A stretch of DNA of 64,000 nt from NCBI GenBank assembly GCA_963845245.1, contig CAWJRJ010000021.1, positions 173,963 to 237,962 on the forward strand, in the 5' to 3' direction. Source of the stretch: Nitrospirota bacterium (GTDB lineage Bacteria > Nitrospirota > JACRHJ01). The position numbers were made by a program, and so were the translations under genes. Under the pieces are notes generated by a model, which saw only the letters and a list, made by a program, of their open reading frames with translations, was not told where the DNA came from and made no database searches. Within the stretch, counting starts at the first letter, position 1. Every line of letters begins with the position of its first letter. Of this stretch, positions 11,003 to 20,313 are shown piece by piece.

Positions 11003-12366
11003 TGGGCAGGATACTGATAGTAGACGACGAAAAGAGCATGCGCGAGCTGCTCACCATAATGCTCAGGAAAGACGGCCATGAGACCGTTATGGCCGAGGAC
11101 GGCCAAAAGGCGATCAAGCTTATAAAAGAGGATATCTTCGACCTCGTGATCACCGACGTCAAGATGCCGAAGGTCGGCGGGATCGAAGTGCTCAAGGCGG
11201 TCAAGGAGGCGTCTCCCGACACGGTGGTGATAATGATAACGGCCTTCGCCACAGCCGAGACGGCCGTCGAGGCCATGAAGGAGGGCGCCTACGACTACAT
11301 AACCTGAAGCCCTTCAAGGTGGACGAGATAAAGCTCGTCTTCAGGAACGCCCTGGAGAAGAGAAGGCTCGATGGCGGAGAACGTCCTGCTGAGGCGGGAG
11401 GTCGAGGCCGAGAAGGGCTTCGAAAACTTCGTCGGCAGGTCCCCCGTTATGATCAAGGTGTTCGACCTGATATCGAAGGTAGCGGACAAGCGCAGCACCG
11501 TCCTTATAACAGGCGAGTCGGGCACGGGCAAGGAACTGGCCGCAAGGGCTATACACAACCTGGGCGGGAGGAGGGACAGGCCGTTCGTGTACATCCACTG
11601 CGGCGCCCTGCCCGAGCAGCTCCTGGAGTCCGAGCTCTTCGGACACGTCAAGGGCTCCTTCACCGGGGCGGTGGACAACAAGCAGGGGCTCTTCGAGGTG
11701 GCCGAGGGGGGCACCGTCTTCCTGGACGAGATAAGCGAGACGACGCCGGCCTTCCAGGTTAAGCTCCTGCACGTATTGCAGGAAAGGGAGTTCAAGAGGG
11801 TGGGCGGGACGACTGACATAAAGGTGGACGTGCGGGTCGTCGCCGCGACGAACAGGGACCTGCAGAAGGAGATAGAGGCCGGGAATTTCAGGGAGGACCT
11901 CTACTACAGGCTGAACGTCATACCTCTTACCATGCCGCCGCTCAGGGACAGAAAGGATGACATCCCCCTCCTGGTGGATTATTTCCTGGGAAAATTCAAA
12001 AGGGCGGGCGTGGCCGATAAGATGTCGTCTGAGGCCATGAACTTGTTGATGGGGTACTCATGGCCGGGCAACGTGAGGGAGCTTGCAAACATCATAGAAC
12101 GGGCGTGCGCGCTGTCTGAGGGGGGGCTCATAACATCGGAACACCTCCCTGCCGAGATGTCCGGCCGCTGCAAAGAAATGCGCTTGTCCATGGGAGATAT
12201 ACCCGGCGAGGGTATGGACCTGGAGCGCCTTTTAGACGACATGGAGAAGGATTACCTCCTGAAGGCGCTGTCCAGGACAGGTGGCGCCAAGATGGAGGCC
12301 GCGAGGCTTCTAGGCCTTAGTTTCCCCTCGTTCAGGCACAGGCTGAAGAAATACGGTATCGAGTGA
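11002..12366 (+). CDS. pilR: sigma54-dependent response regulator (frameshifted)
   Basis: REC domain, [14 protein letters not shown] loop, WPGNVREL, C-terminal Fis-type HTH. Confidence 0.9.
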
Positions 12367-12381
12367 TGAAACCCATCACTC
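12361..12381. promoter_or_regulatory. Candidate PilR upstream activator site 1
   Basis: GAGTGATG-AAACC-CATCACTC palindrome; the GTGAT-N7-ATCAC motif recurs at 13068 and 14631. Confidence 0.55.
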
Positions 12382-12484
12382 GATGCGCAGTCCCGCAATC
12401 ACCGGCAGTAAACACCATTATGTGATATTGAATAATATGCTATAGATACAACATGATATCATAATTAACTGTGTTACTGGTTGT

Positions 12485-12501
12485 TAGGTGCACATATTGC
12501 A
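12485..12501 (+). promoter_or_regulatory. sigma54 promoter of pilin 1
   Basis: TAGGTGCACATATTGCA: GG(12487)-N10-GC(12499) with TTGC box. Confidence 0.55.
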
Positions 12502-12589
12502 TGTATAATTATATCCAGAATAGTATCTGCACCGGTATCTAGTATGCCCGATGCATGCCGATAATGCCGATAATACGAGGTTAAGTCTG

Positions 12590-13060
12590 ATGGCAGGTCT
12601 GGCCAGACGGGTCCTGAGAAGCGGCAAGGGCTTCACGCTTATCGAGCTGATGATAGTGGTCGCCATCATAGGCATCCTGGCCGCCATCGCCATCCCGAAC
12701 TTCCTCAAATACCAGGCCAAGTCAAAGCAGACCGAGGCGAAGGCGAACGTTGCCTCGATCTACACAAATGCCGAGACCTGGTATGCGGAGCATGACACCT
12801 TCAGCCTCGCAGGACATGCGGTAGCCGACCTTAATTGGATACCCATCAGCCGGACACGCTATGACTACTACTATGACGCGACCTTGTTGCGTGCCCATGT
12901 GCTCCCCGCAGGCGGAGGTCCAATGCCCGCCACCGCCGTGCATTCTACTCCAAGTACATTCGTGGCAGTCGCATCGGGCGACATCGGGCAAGGCGCTGGC
13001 ACGGACCAGTGGACCATCGACCAGAGCAGGAACGTTATAAACCTCCCCGTCGGCTATTAA
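12590..13060 (+). CDS. pilA: Type IVa pilin 1
   Basis: [25 protein letters not shown] prepilin motif. ATG 12590 follows GAGG; alternative start 12551. Confidence 0.9.
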   Translation: MAGLARRVLRSGKGFTLIELMIVVAIIGILAAIAIPNFLKYQAKSKQTEAKANVASIYTNAETWYAEHDTFSLAGHAVADLNWIPISRTRYDYYYDATLLRAHVLPAGGGPMPATAVHSTPSTFVAVASGDIGQGAGTDQWTIDQSRNVINLPVGY

Positions 13061-13067
13061 CCGGCAA

Positions 13068-13105
13068 GTGATGGTTTTCATCACCGACAAGACGTAAATC
13101 ATCAC
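13068..13105. promoter_or_regulatory. Candidate PilR upstream activator site 2 (tandem)
   Basis: GTGATGGTTTTCATCAC plus a degenerate second site AAGACGTAAATCATCAC starting 21 nt later. Confidence 0.55.
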
Positions 13106-13212
13106 CCATCAGGTCGATATCGCCGGTATGTTACTTATTGCAGTACGGCATCCCTGAACCAAAACACTCGCAAAAACCGGACTTTACTAATATCGGGTGG
13201 CTTCGGCCCAGG

Positions 13213-13229
13213 CTGGCACATATATTGCT
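13213..13229 (+). promoter_or_regulatory. sigma54 promoter of pilin 2
   Basis: CTGGCACATATATTGCT, a near-consensus -24/-12 promoter. Confidence 0.85.
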
Positions 13230-13362
13230 ACTATTTAAAGCAGAAGCGAAATATAATAATTAGCCCAGAAGAAGGGGGGGATGGTAAAAAGGGTCAGGCG
13301 ACCGAACAAAGGGCAAAACATTAATAGTCTAACGCAGGTCAAAACACGAAAGGGACAACAAA

Positions 13363-13908
13363 ATGTTCAAGATGTTAAACAACAAAAAAGGCTTTACGCT
13401 CATCGAGCTCATGATCGTCGTCGCCATCATAGGCATCTTGGCTGCCATAGCCATACCGAACTTCCTCAAGTACCAGGCGAAGTCGAAGACGTCTGAGGCC
13501 AAGGTCAACTTGAAGGCCATATTCACCAGCGAGCAGTCGTACTACGCAGAGAAAAACATATATGACACCCTGACCCTGGTCAACTACGTGCCTGCAGGCG
13601 GCTGGCAGGCGGTCAAGTACTACGATTTCAGTGATATCGTCGCCGGCACGGGTGTATATGGTGCAGGCTTGACTTCGCCAGAAGTAGGTGCCGTTCTTAA
13701 CCCGTATGCCCTTCCTTCTAACGGCTGGGGTGGACCGGATGCCGGCGTTACCTCCAACGGCCCTTGCGGCATAATTGCGCCTGCGGCGGGTGTCCCGGCC
13801 TCCTTCGTGGTCAGGGCCTGGGGTACGATTACCTCCGGCGCCGGGAAAGACGACTGCTGGAGCATCAACGACCAGAACAACCTCGTGAACGAGCAGAACG
13901 GCGTCTAA
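13363..13908 (+). CDS. pilA: Type IVa pilin 2 (probable major pilin)
   Basis: Short leader [16 protein letters not shown], best sigma54 promoter, own terminator, two Cys in the C-terminal half. Confidence 0.92.
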   Translation: MFKMLNNKKGFTLIELMIVVAIIGILAAIAIPNFLKYQAKSKTSEAKVNLKAIFTSEQSYYAEKNIYDTLTLVNYVPAGGWQAVKYYDFSDIVAGTGVYGAGLTSPEVGAVLNPYALPSNGWGGPDAGVTSNGPCGIIAPAAGVPASFVVRAWGTITSGAGKDDCWSINDQNNLVNEQNGV

Positions 13909-13935
13909 TCAAGCCGGATATCTGCATTGTTAGTA

Positions 13936-13970
13936 ACCGGGGGCATGGTGACATGCCCCCGGTTTTTTGT
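13936..13970 (+). terminator. Rho-independent terminator after pilin 2
   Basis: ACCGGGGGCATG-GTGA-CATGCCCCCGGT followed by a T-tract. Confidence 0.85.
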
Positions 13971-14148
13971 CCATGTGTTCCTTCGTGCAGCATAAACCTG
14001 AGCGGCTCGGTTTTTGGTCTTGACTTTCCCCTCATATCGGCATAAGTTGTAAAAAAAAGCATGCTTGAGTGTTTTTAGCATGGATTTTGCTTATAGTTGG
14101 TCTAATCGTTAATTTTTTTTAATCTTATGCAAGAAATGAGGGGCAATA

Positions 14149-14634
14149 ATGGGAAGGGTTTTTAACGATAAGGGGTTCACGCTGATAGAGCTTATGCTGG
14201 TGGTTGCGATAATCGGAGTGTTGTCCTCGATAGCAATACCAAACTTCTTGGACTTCAGGTCCAAGGCAAGGCAGGCGGAGGCCACCTCGAACCTTGGCGC
14301 GATCTTCACCGACGAGCAGTCGTATTTCGCCATGAAAGATACGTTTTCCGACGACCTTATATTGATCGGCACTGGAGTTACAGGCAGTTACAAGCGCTAC
14401 GACTTTACGGCAAACGAGACTTTTGCGCCAGGCAAATGGGTTGGGCTGTCCGGGATTCCCGGAAACGGGCCGCCTGTCGGCACCGTTATCAATCTGGACG
14501 TAGCGCCATATGCGACCAATATTGGCTTTGTCGCCATCGCGGTAGGCGATATAGACGGAGACGGGATCTACGACACCTATAGCATCAATAACAATGGCAG
14601 GCTCCACAACGACTACAGTGACATTCTTCATTGA
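14149..14634 (+). CDS. Type IVa pilin 3
   Basis: [27 protein letters not shown]-terminal GDIDGDGIYDTYSIN pilin-like end. Confidence 0.88.
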   Translation: MGRVFNDKGFTLIELMLVVAIIGVLSSIAIPNFLDFRSKARQAEATSNLGAIFTDEQSYFAMKDTFSDDLILIGTGVTGSYKRYDFTANETFAPGKWVGLSGIPGNGPPVGTVINLDVAPYATNIGFVAIAVGDIDGDGIYDTYSINNNGRLHNDYSDILH

Positions 14635-14687
14635 TGAAAATCATCACCTGTAGCTGATGGAAATGGTATCCTTCCGGATGTTGATAA

Positions 14688-14720
14688 CGGGGGCATGGCG
14701 ACATGCCCCCGGTTTTTTGT
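14688..14720 (+). terminator. Rho-independent terminator after pilin 3 (copy of the pilin 2 terminator)
   Basis: CGGGGGCATG-GCGA-CATGCCCCCG followed by GTTTTTTG. Confidence 0.8.
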
Positions 14721-14801
14721 TTATGCGTTCCCTCTTGGCAAGTGACGGATATTGTAGTATAATCCCCCCAAATATTACTGGATATCAGGAGGCCGCATAA
14801 A

Positions 14802-15671
14802 TTGAAGCCAGGCGCCTACGCCGTCATTTTCCTTTTGTTTCTCTCCGCCGGGGCGGCGTTGTACACCGTGCAGCTCAGGCTGGACGCAAGCAGGGGCGAA
14901 AGGAAGACGGCCGAGGAGTTCATGTACCTGCCCGGCGCTCAGTACCTCAAGGTGGCCTCGCTCGGTTACGAGCAGGTCCTGGCAGACCTCTTGTGGCTTC
15001 AGACCATACAGCACCTCGGGGAAAGGAATATATCCGGGGCCGGATACGACTGGATTTACAAGGCTCTTGATACCGTTACCACGCTGGACCCGAAATTCCT
15101 GATGCCCTATGCAGCGGGCAGCCTGTCCCTCACCATAGAGGCGGGGAAGGTGGACCTTTCGATCAAGCTGCTCAAAAAAGGCGTCGAAAACATCCCGGAT
15201 AACTGGCAATTGCCGTTCTATCTGGGATTCAATTACTTTTTTTATTCAAAAGACTATAAATCGGCGGCAAAGTACATTGAGATGGCCGCGTCCAAGCCCG
15301 GCAGCCCGCCCTACCTTCCGGCGCTCGCCTCGCGGCTGTACGTGGAGGCCGAAGACCCGGCCTACGCCCTGCAGTTCCTCCTGAGGATGTACGAGAACAC
15401 CAAAGACGAGAAGATGCGCGAAAGCCTCTTAACGCGCATCAATCTCCTGAAGGCGGCCGTGGACGTCAAGGTGTTGCAGGAGACCGTGGACCTCTATATC
15501 AAGAAGACGGGCAGGAAACCTTCCGGCCTTGACGAACTTGTGTCTGCGGGTTTCTTAAAGGGCATACCCGAGGAGCCGAACGGCGGTTACTACTATATCG
15601 GCGATGACGGCAAGGTCCACAGCAGCAAACTTAACGTAGAGCTGGGCATCTATACCAGGGGAGGGCGATAA
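14802..15671 (+). CDS. TPR-containing pilus accessory protein (PilG/XapA-like) with pseudopilin-like C-terminus
   Basis: N-terminal TM, ADLLWLQTIQ..LDP.F..PY helical repeats, C-terminal Y...TG..P..L.ELV..G...IP.EP.GG.Y; synteny with the myxobacterial pilGHI genes. Confidence 0.7.
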   Translation: MKPGAYAVIFLLFLSAGAALYTVQLRLDASRGERKTAEEFMYLPGAQYLKVASLGYEQVLADLLWLQTIQHLGERNISGAGYDWIYKALDTVTTLDPKFLMPYAAGSLSLTIEAGKVDLSIKLLKKGVENIPDNWQLPFYLGFNYFFYSKDYKSAAKYIEMAASKPGSPPYLPALASRLYVEAEDPAYALQFLLRMYENTKDEKMRESLLTRINLLKAAVDVKVLQETVDLYIKKTGRKPSGLDELVSAGFLKGIPEEPNGGYYYIGDDGKVHSSKLNVELGIYTRGGR

Positions 15672-16597
15672 TGGTCAGGACGGAAAACCTGGGCATGGTT
15701 TTCAGGGCCGGGTTCAAGAGGCGTAAAGTGACCGCCTTGAAGGGGCTCGACCTTGAGGTAAAAAAAGGCGAGGTCTTCGGGTTCCTTGGGCCAAACGGTG
15801 CCGGAAAGACCACCACGCTAAAGATCCTGATGGGGCTCATATACCCGACGTCCGGCAAGGCATGGCTGTTGGGGAAAGAGCTGGGCGACGTGTCCGTCAA
15901 GCACAGGCTCGGCTTCCTGCCGGAGCAGCCGTATTTCTACGATTACCTTACGGCTTCGGAATTCATGGATTTCTACGGTCGGCTTTTCGGCCTGGGTTCC
16001 GGTGAGAGAAAGGCGCGGGCGGCAGAGCTTCTGGCGCTTGTCGGCCTTGAGCATGCCCGTGACCTGCAGTTGAGGAAATTCTCAAAGGGTATGCTCCAGC
16101 GCATAGGCATCGCACAGGCCCTTATAAACGACCCTGAGCTTGTCGTGTTCGACGAGCCGATGAGCGGGCTCGACCCCGTTGGCCGAAAAGACGTAAAAGA
16201 CATCATCATACAGCTGAAGGAGCGGGGCAAGACCATTTTCTTCAGCACACATATACTTCCTGACGTTGAGGTGGTCTGCGACAGGGTCGCTATCCTGGTC
16301 AAGGGCGAGCTTCGCGCCATGGGAGCAGTGGGCGAACTCCTTCAGAGTGTGGTGGCGGCTTCGGTCGAGATGACCTTCGACGGCCTCGCCGGTGCGGACC
16401 TTGCGGCTGTCAAGTCCCTCGCGAAGACCTCGTTCGTGCAGGGCAGCATACAGACGGTTTTTTTCGAAGACGCCGAAAAGGCGAAAGAGGCGAAGGAGAT
16501 GGTGTTCAAAAGAGGCGGTGAGATCATATCGCTTATCCCGCACAGGCGCTCTCTCGAGGACATATTCATCGAAGAGGTCAAGAAGGGAAAAGTATGA
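15671..16597 (+). CDS. ABC transporter ATP-binding protein (PilH-like)
   Basis: GPNGAGKTT, FSKGMLQR, DEPMSGLDP. Confidence 0.9.
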   Translation: MVRTENLGMVFRAGFKRRKVTALKGLDLEVKKGEVFGFLGPNGAGKTTTLKILMGLIYPTSGKAWLLGKELGDVSVKHRLGFLPEQPYFYDYLTASEFMDFYGRLFGLGSGERKARAAELLALVGLEHARDLQLRKFSKGMLQRIGIAQALINDPELVVFDEPMSGLDPVGRKDVKDIIIQLKERGKTIFFSTHILPDVEVVCDRVAILVKGELRAMGAVGELLQSVVAASVEMTFDGLAGADLAAVKSLAKTSFVQGSIQTVFFEDAEKAKEAKEMVFKRGGEIISLIPHRRSLEDIFIEEVKKGKV

Positions 16598-17359
16598 AGA
16601 TATATGCCATCGCCGTAAATACCTTCAAAGAGGCAATAAGGGACAAGATATTCTATAGCCTCGTGTTCTTTGCCGGACTGATAATAGGCACTTCGATACT
16701 GCTGTCGATGCTCACCCTTGGCGAAGGCAGCAAGATCATTGCCGACATATCCCTCGCCGGCATCAACTTCTTCGGGGTGATCATATCCATATTCGTCGGC
16801 ATCGGGCTGGTCTACAAGGAACTCGAGAAAAAGACGATCTACACCATCATCTCCAAACCGATAAGGAGGAGCGACTTCCTCCTGGGCAAATACCTGGGCC
16901 TTGCGCTTACCCTTCTCGTCTACCTGTCGGTGATGTCGGCGATATTCCTTGCAGTCCTATACATATACACGGGCTCCCTTGCCTACAGGCTGCTTCTTGT
17001 CCGTTGTCCTCATTTATTTCGAACTGTTGATAGTGACCGCCGCGGCGATACTGTTCTCCACTTTTTCCACCCCGTCCCTCTCGGCTACATACACGCTTGC
17101 CATCTACGTAATCGGCCACCTGACCGGCGACCTCAAGGCGCTTGCGGGGAAAACCGATGCGGCATCCGCGAAAATCGTACTTGACGCCGCGTATTATATA
17201 CTGCCGAACCTTGAGAACTTCAACATCAAGGGTGAGGTCGTGCACAACCTCCCCATATCCGGTGTCTATATGCTTCAGGCCATGACGTACGGCGTGCTGT
17301 ATGTCGTATGCCTCATCGTTATAGCTGTCGTGATATTCCAGAAGAAGAATTTTAAATGA
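16594..17359 (+). CDS. ABC-2 permease (PilI-like; frameshifted)
   Basis: NTFKEAIRDK, KELEKKTIYTIISKPI.R..F.LGKY; ends FQKKNFK. Confidence 0.85.
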
Positions 17360-17384
17360 ACGCGCCCGCGCGCAGGAGAGAAGG

Positions 17385-17981
17385 TTGTCTGACGGCACAG
17401 TGATACTGGGAGCGGGCCTTGCGGGGCTTACGGCGGCCTTTTATCTCCGGAAGGGCTTTGAGGTCTTCGAGGCGTCGGACCGCGCCGGGGGCTGTCCCGA
17501 TAGCTACGCAGGACAGCTCCTGCACCTCGACGATAAGGACGTAAAGGAAATAGTCGAGGGACTTCTCCCCGGTAACCTTAACGGGCACAAGTCCGCCGCC
17601 ACATGTTCCGAGGTCGGCGTGCAAGCGCTTGTTGACGCGCTGGTCCAGAGGGTGAAGGCGGTAAGCTACGGCCAGAGGGCGGTGGAGATCGACCCCGCAC
17701 GGAAAACGGTGGTATTCGGGACAGGGTACACCGCATGGTACGACAACCTGATATCCACGATACCGTTGCCGGAACTCATAAAGATAATCAAGGACGTGCC
17801 CGGCGACATCGCCGATGCCGCCGCGAAACTCGGCCCCCACTCAACGGATGCTCTACCGGGAATCATGGACTACCTTAATTCAAAATGCATTATAAGCATA
17901 GGCCGCTTTGGGGCCTGGGACGATTCGGGATTGGAGGACGCGATCATGGACGGCAGAAACGCGGCAGTTGCCATCTCATGA
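17385..17981 (+). CDS. Shortened FAD-binding oxidoreductase (PPO/amine-oxidase-like fold)
   Basis: ILGAGLAGL..FE....GG, YDNLISTIPLP, IGRFGAW; only 198 aa. Confidence 0.6.
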   Translation: MSDGTVILGAGLAGLTAAFYLRKGFEVFEASDRAGGCPDSYAGQLLHLDDKDVKEIVEGLLPGNLNGHKSAATCSEVGVQALVDALVQRVKAVSYGQRAVEIDPARKTVVFGTGYTAWYDNLISTIPLPELIKIIKDVPGDIADAAAKLGPHSTDALPGIMDYLNSKCIISIGRFGAWDDSGLEDAIMDGRNAAVAIS

Positions 17982-18027
17982 ACATGTCGGACGAGGCATA
18001 TCACTGCGGTTTGCCGGGAGGTGCTGC

Positions 18028-19401
18028 ATGAGGGTTTTGCTGATATCTACCAACAGGGAGGTACTGCCGGACCCGGTCGCGCCTCTTGGGGCGGCATATG
18101 TGGGTGCGGCCCTGAAACTGGCCGGGCACGATGTCAGACTCCTTGACTTGATGTTCTCTGTGGACCCGGTCACATCCATAAAGGACACATGCAGGACTTT
18201 CAAACCCCAGGTTGCTGGCCTTTCCATCCGCAACGTGGACAACGTGGCCTTCCCTGAATGTATCTCCTATATCCCGGAGCTTGCCTCGGCCGTAAGGGCA
18301 CTGAAGGCGTCGGGGGTCCGGTTCATCGTCGCCGGCGGCTCGGGTTTCACCATCATGCCGAAAGAGATTATGGAGACGCTCGGGCTCAACCTGGGCATCG
18401 TCGGCGAGGGCGAGGAGTCATTCCCGGAGCTTCTTAGACGTGCCGAAAAGGGCCTGCCGGTTAACAATATACCCGGACTTGCGTACAGGTATGCCGGAAA
18501 ACTGCATATCAACACCTCCCGGAAGATAGACCGCCTCGACCGCTCTCCGATGCCGGACAGAGGCATGCTGGAAAACGCCCTCTACCTGAGCGAGGGCGGC
18601 TCGGGCAACCTCCAGACCAAGCGTGGGTGCGCCTACTCGTGCGTATACTGCACCTATCCCATCGTCGAAGGGAAGAACGTCCGGCTCAAGTCCCCGGCCC
18701 TGGCGGCAGCCGAGTTTGAATATGCCGTGAAGGAACACGGCCTGAAGCACATATTCATAGTGGACAACGTTTTCAATAACCCCCCGGAGCATGCCAAGTC
18801 GTTCTGCCGGGAGCTGATATCAAGAGGCAACACGGCCGGGTGGAGCTGTTACCTGAACCCGAGGGGAGTGGACGCGGAACTGGTAGGCCTGATGTCCCGC
18901 GCCAGGTGCAAGGGCGTCGAGTTCGGCACCGACTCTGCGGTCGACAGCGTGCTCTCGGAACTTAAAAAGGGCTTCAAGTCAGCAGACATCGTAAATGCGT
19001 CAAGGCTATGCACCGAGGCCGGGCTCTCGTTCTGCCACAGCCTTCTCTTTGGCGGCCCCGGCGAGACATCCGACACGGTCTCGCGTACACTGGATATTAT
19101 GGACAGCATAAAGCCCAACGCCGTCATAGGGATGCTTGGCATCAGGGTATTCCCCGGTACGCCTCTTGCGGCCCTGGCAGATAAAGAAGGTCTCCTGAAC
19201 GGCCCGCTGGGCCTGGAACCGTTCTTCTATTTCTCGCCGAAGATGGAAATCGAACCTGTATCGCGGTGCCTTGCATCCTACGGGCGCACGCACACAAACT
19301 TCATCATGCCGGGCGTGCACCTGCGCATGACAGACAAGATCAGACAGAGGCTCAGGGCCTACGGGTTTTTGGGGCCGCTCTGGGAATACCTGCGGGGTTG
19401 A
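18028..19401 (+). CDS. B12-binding radical SAM protein, lipid-biosynthesis-associated type
   Basis: N-terminal B12 domain (PLG..Y, GLSIRNVDN, GEGE) and QTKRGCAYSCVYCTYP motif; GGAGG RBS before ATG 18028. Confidence 0.85.
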   Translation: MRVLLISTNREVLPDPVAPLGAAYVGAALKLAGHDVRLLDLMFSVDPVTSIKDTCRTFKPQVAGLSIRNVDNVAFPECISYIPELASAVRALKASGVRFIVAGGSGFTIMPKEIMETLGLNLGIVGEGEESFPELLRRAEKGLPVNNIPGLAYRYAGKLHINTSRKIDRLDRSPMPDRGMLENALYLSEGGSGNLQTKRGCAYSCVYCTYPIVEGKNVRLKSPALAAAEFEYAVKEHGLKHIFIVDNVFNNPPEHAKSFCRELISRGNTAGWSCYLNPRGVDAELVGLMSRARCKGVEFGTDSAVDSVLSELKKGFKSADIVNASRLCTEAGLSFCHSLLFGGPGETSDTVSRTLDIMDSIKPNAVIGMLGIRVFPGTPLAALADKEGLLNGPLGLEPFFYFSPKMEIEPVSRCLASYGRTHTNFIMPGVHLRMTDKIRQRLRAYGFLGPLWEYLRG

Positions 19402-20310
19402 GTTTGGGGAAGACGGCTTTCATCTTTCCGGGGCAGGGTTCCCAGTATGTCGGCATGGGCAAGGGCCTGTGGGACTCGGACGCGGACGTGCGGGATGCCT
19501 ACCGGGCTGCCTCAGGCGAGGCCGGGTTCGACATTGCCGCGCTCTCCTTCGAGGGACCCGTTGAAGAGCTCGACCGCGACCTGAACGCCCAGTTGGCCGT
19601 ATACGTCTGCAACCAGGCCTTTTCGCTTTACGCCGCCAAGGCTGGTATCGTCCCAGATGTGGTTACCGGATACAGCCTCGGGTTTTACTCCGCGCTCGTC
19701 AAGGCAGGGTGCATAGGTTTTCTGGACGGTCTTCGTATAGTGAAGACTGCCGGAGAGCTCTGCCTGGCATCTCCTGTCAAAGGTACTATGGGCGCCGTGA
19801 TCGGCCTTGATGTCAGCGAGGTCGAGTCGGTATGCGAGCAGGCTTCCGCTTGACGGCGGCGTCTGGGTATCAAACGTAAACGCGGCCAGGCAGGTACTTA
19901 TATCCGGCAGCGTGGACGGCGTCAAGCGGGCGATCGATATCGCAAAAGAACGCGGGGCCCTTTACGCATACCGTCTGGGTATGGGCGCCGCATACCACAC
20001 GCCGCTTATGGCAGAGGCCTCTTCACGTTTTAAGGACGGGTTGTCCCGGTACTGCTTCCTCGACCCGGTGATGCCTCTTATGTCTTACATAGAATCTGAA
20101 TATATAGGGAGCGGCGCTGGGGCCGCCAACACGCTCGGCATCCATCTAAAGACACGCGTCCCGTGGAAGGACACCGTACATAGGCTCCTAAAGGACGGTG
20201 TCGGCCGTTTCGTAGAGGTCGGGCCCGGGAGCGCATTGACCAGGATGGTTCGGTGGAACGACAGGGTGGTGGAGACCGTCTCCCTTGATGAGCGAATGAA
20301 AGGCGAGTGA
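19398..20310 (+). CDS. FabD-like acyl-CoA:ACP transacylase (frameshifted, atypical active site)
   Basis: FPGQGSQYVGM, GYSLG, AAYHTPLM, FVEVGPG. Confidence 0.85.
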
Positions 20311-20313
20311 TGG

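Noticed and set aside
11300..11310. In-frame TGA in pilR (and at 19851 in the FabD-like gene) as selenocysteine or readthrough
   Set aside because: The downstream protein continues in a different frame, so these are indel artefacts and not recoded stops.
12590..14634. Neisseria-style silent pilin cassettes for gene conversion
   Set aside because: All three genes have complete leaders and starts, and their conserved 5' regions differ at many synonymous sites, which argues against ongoing recombination.
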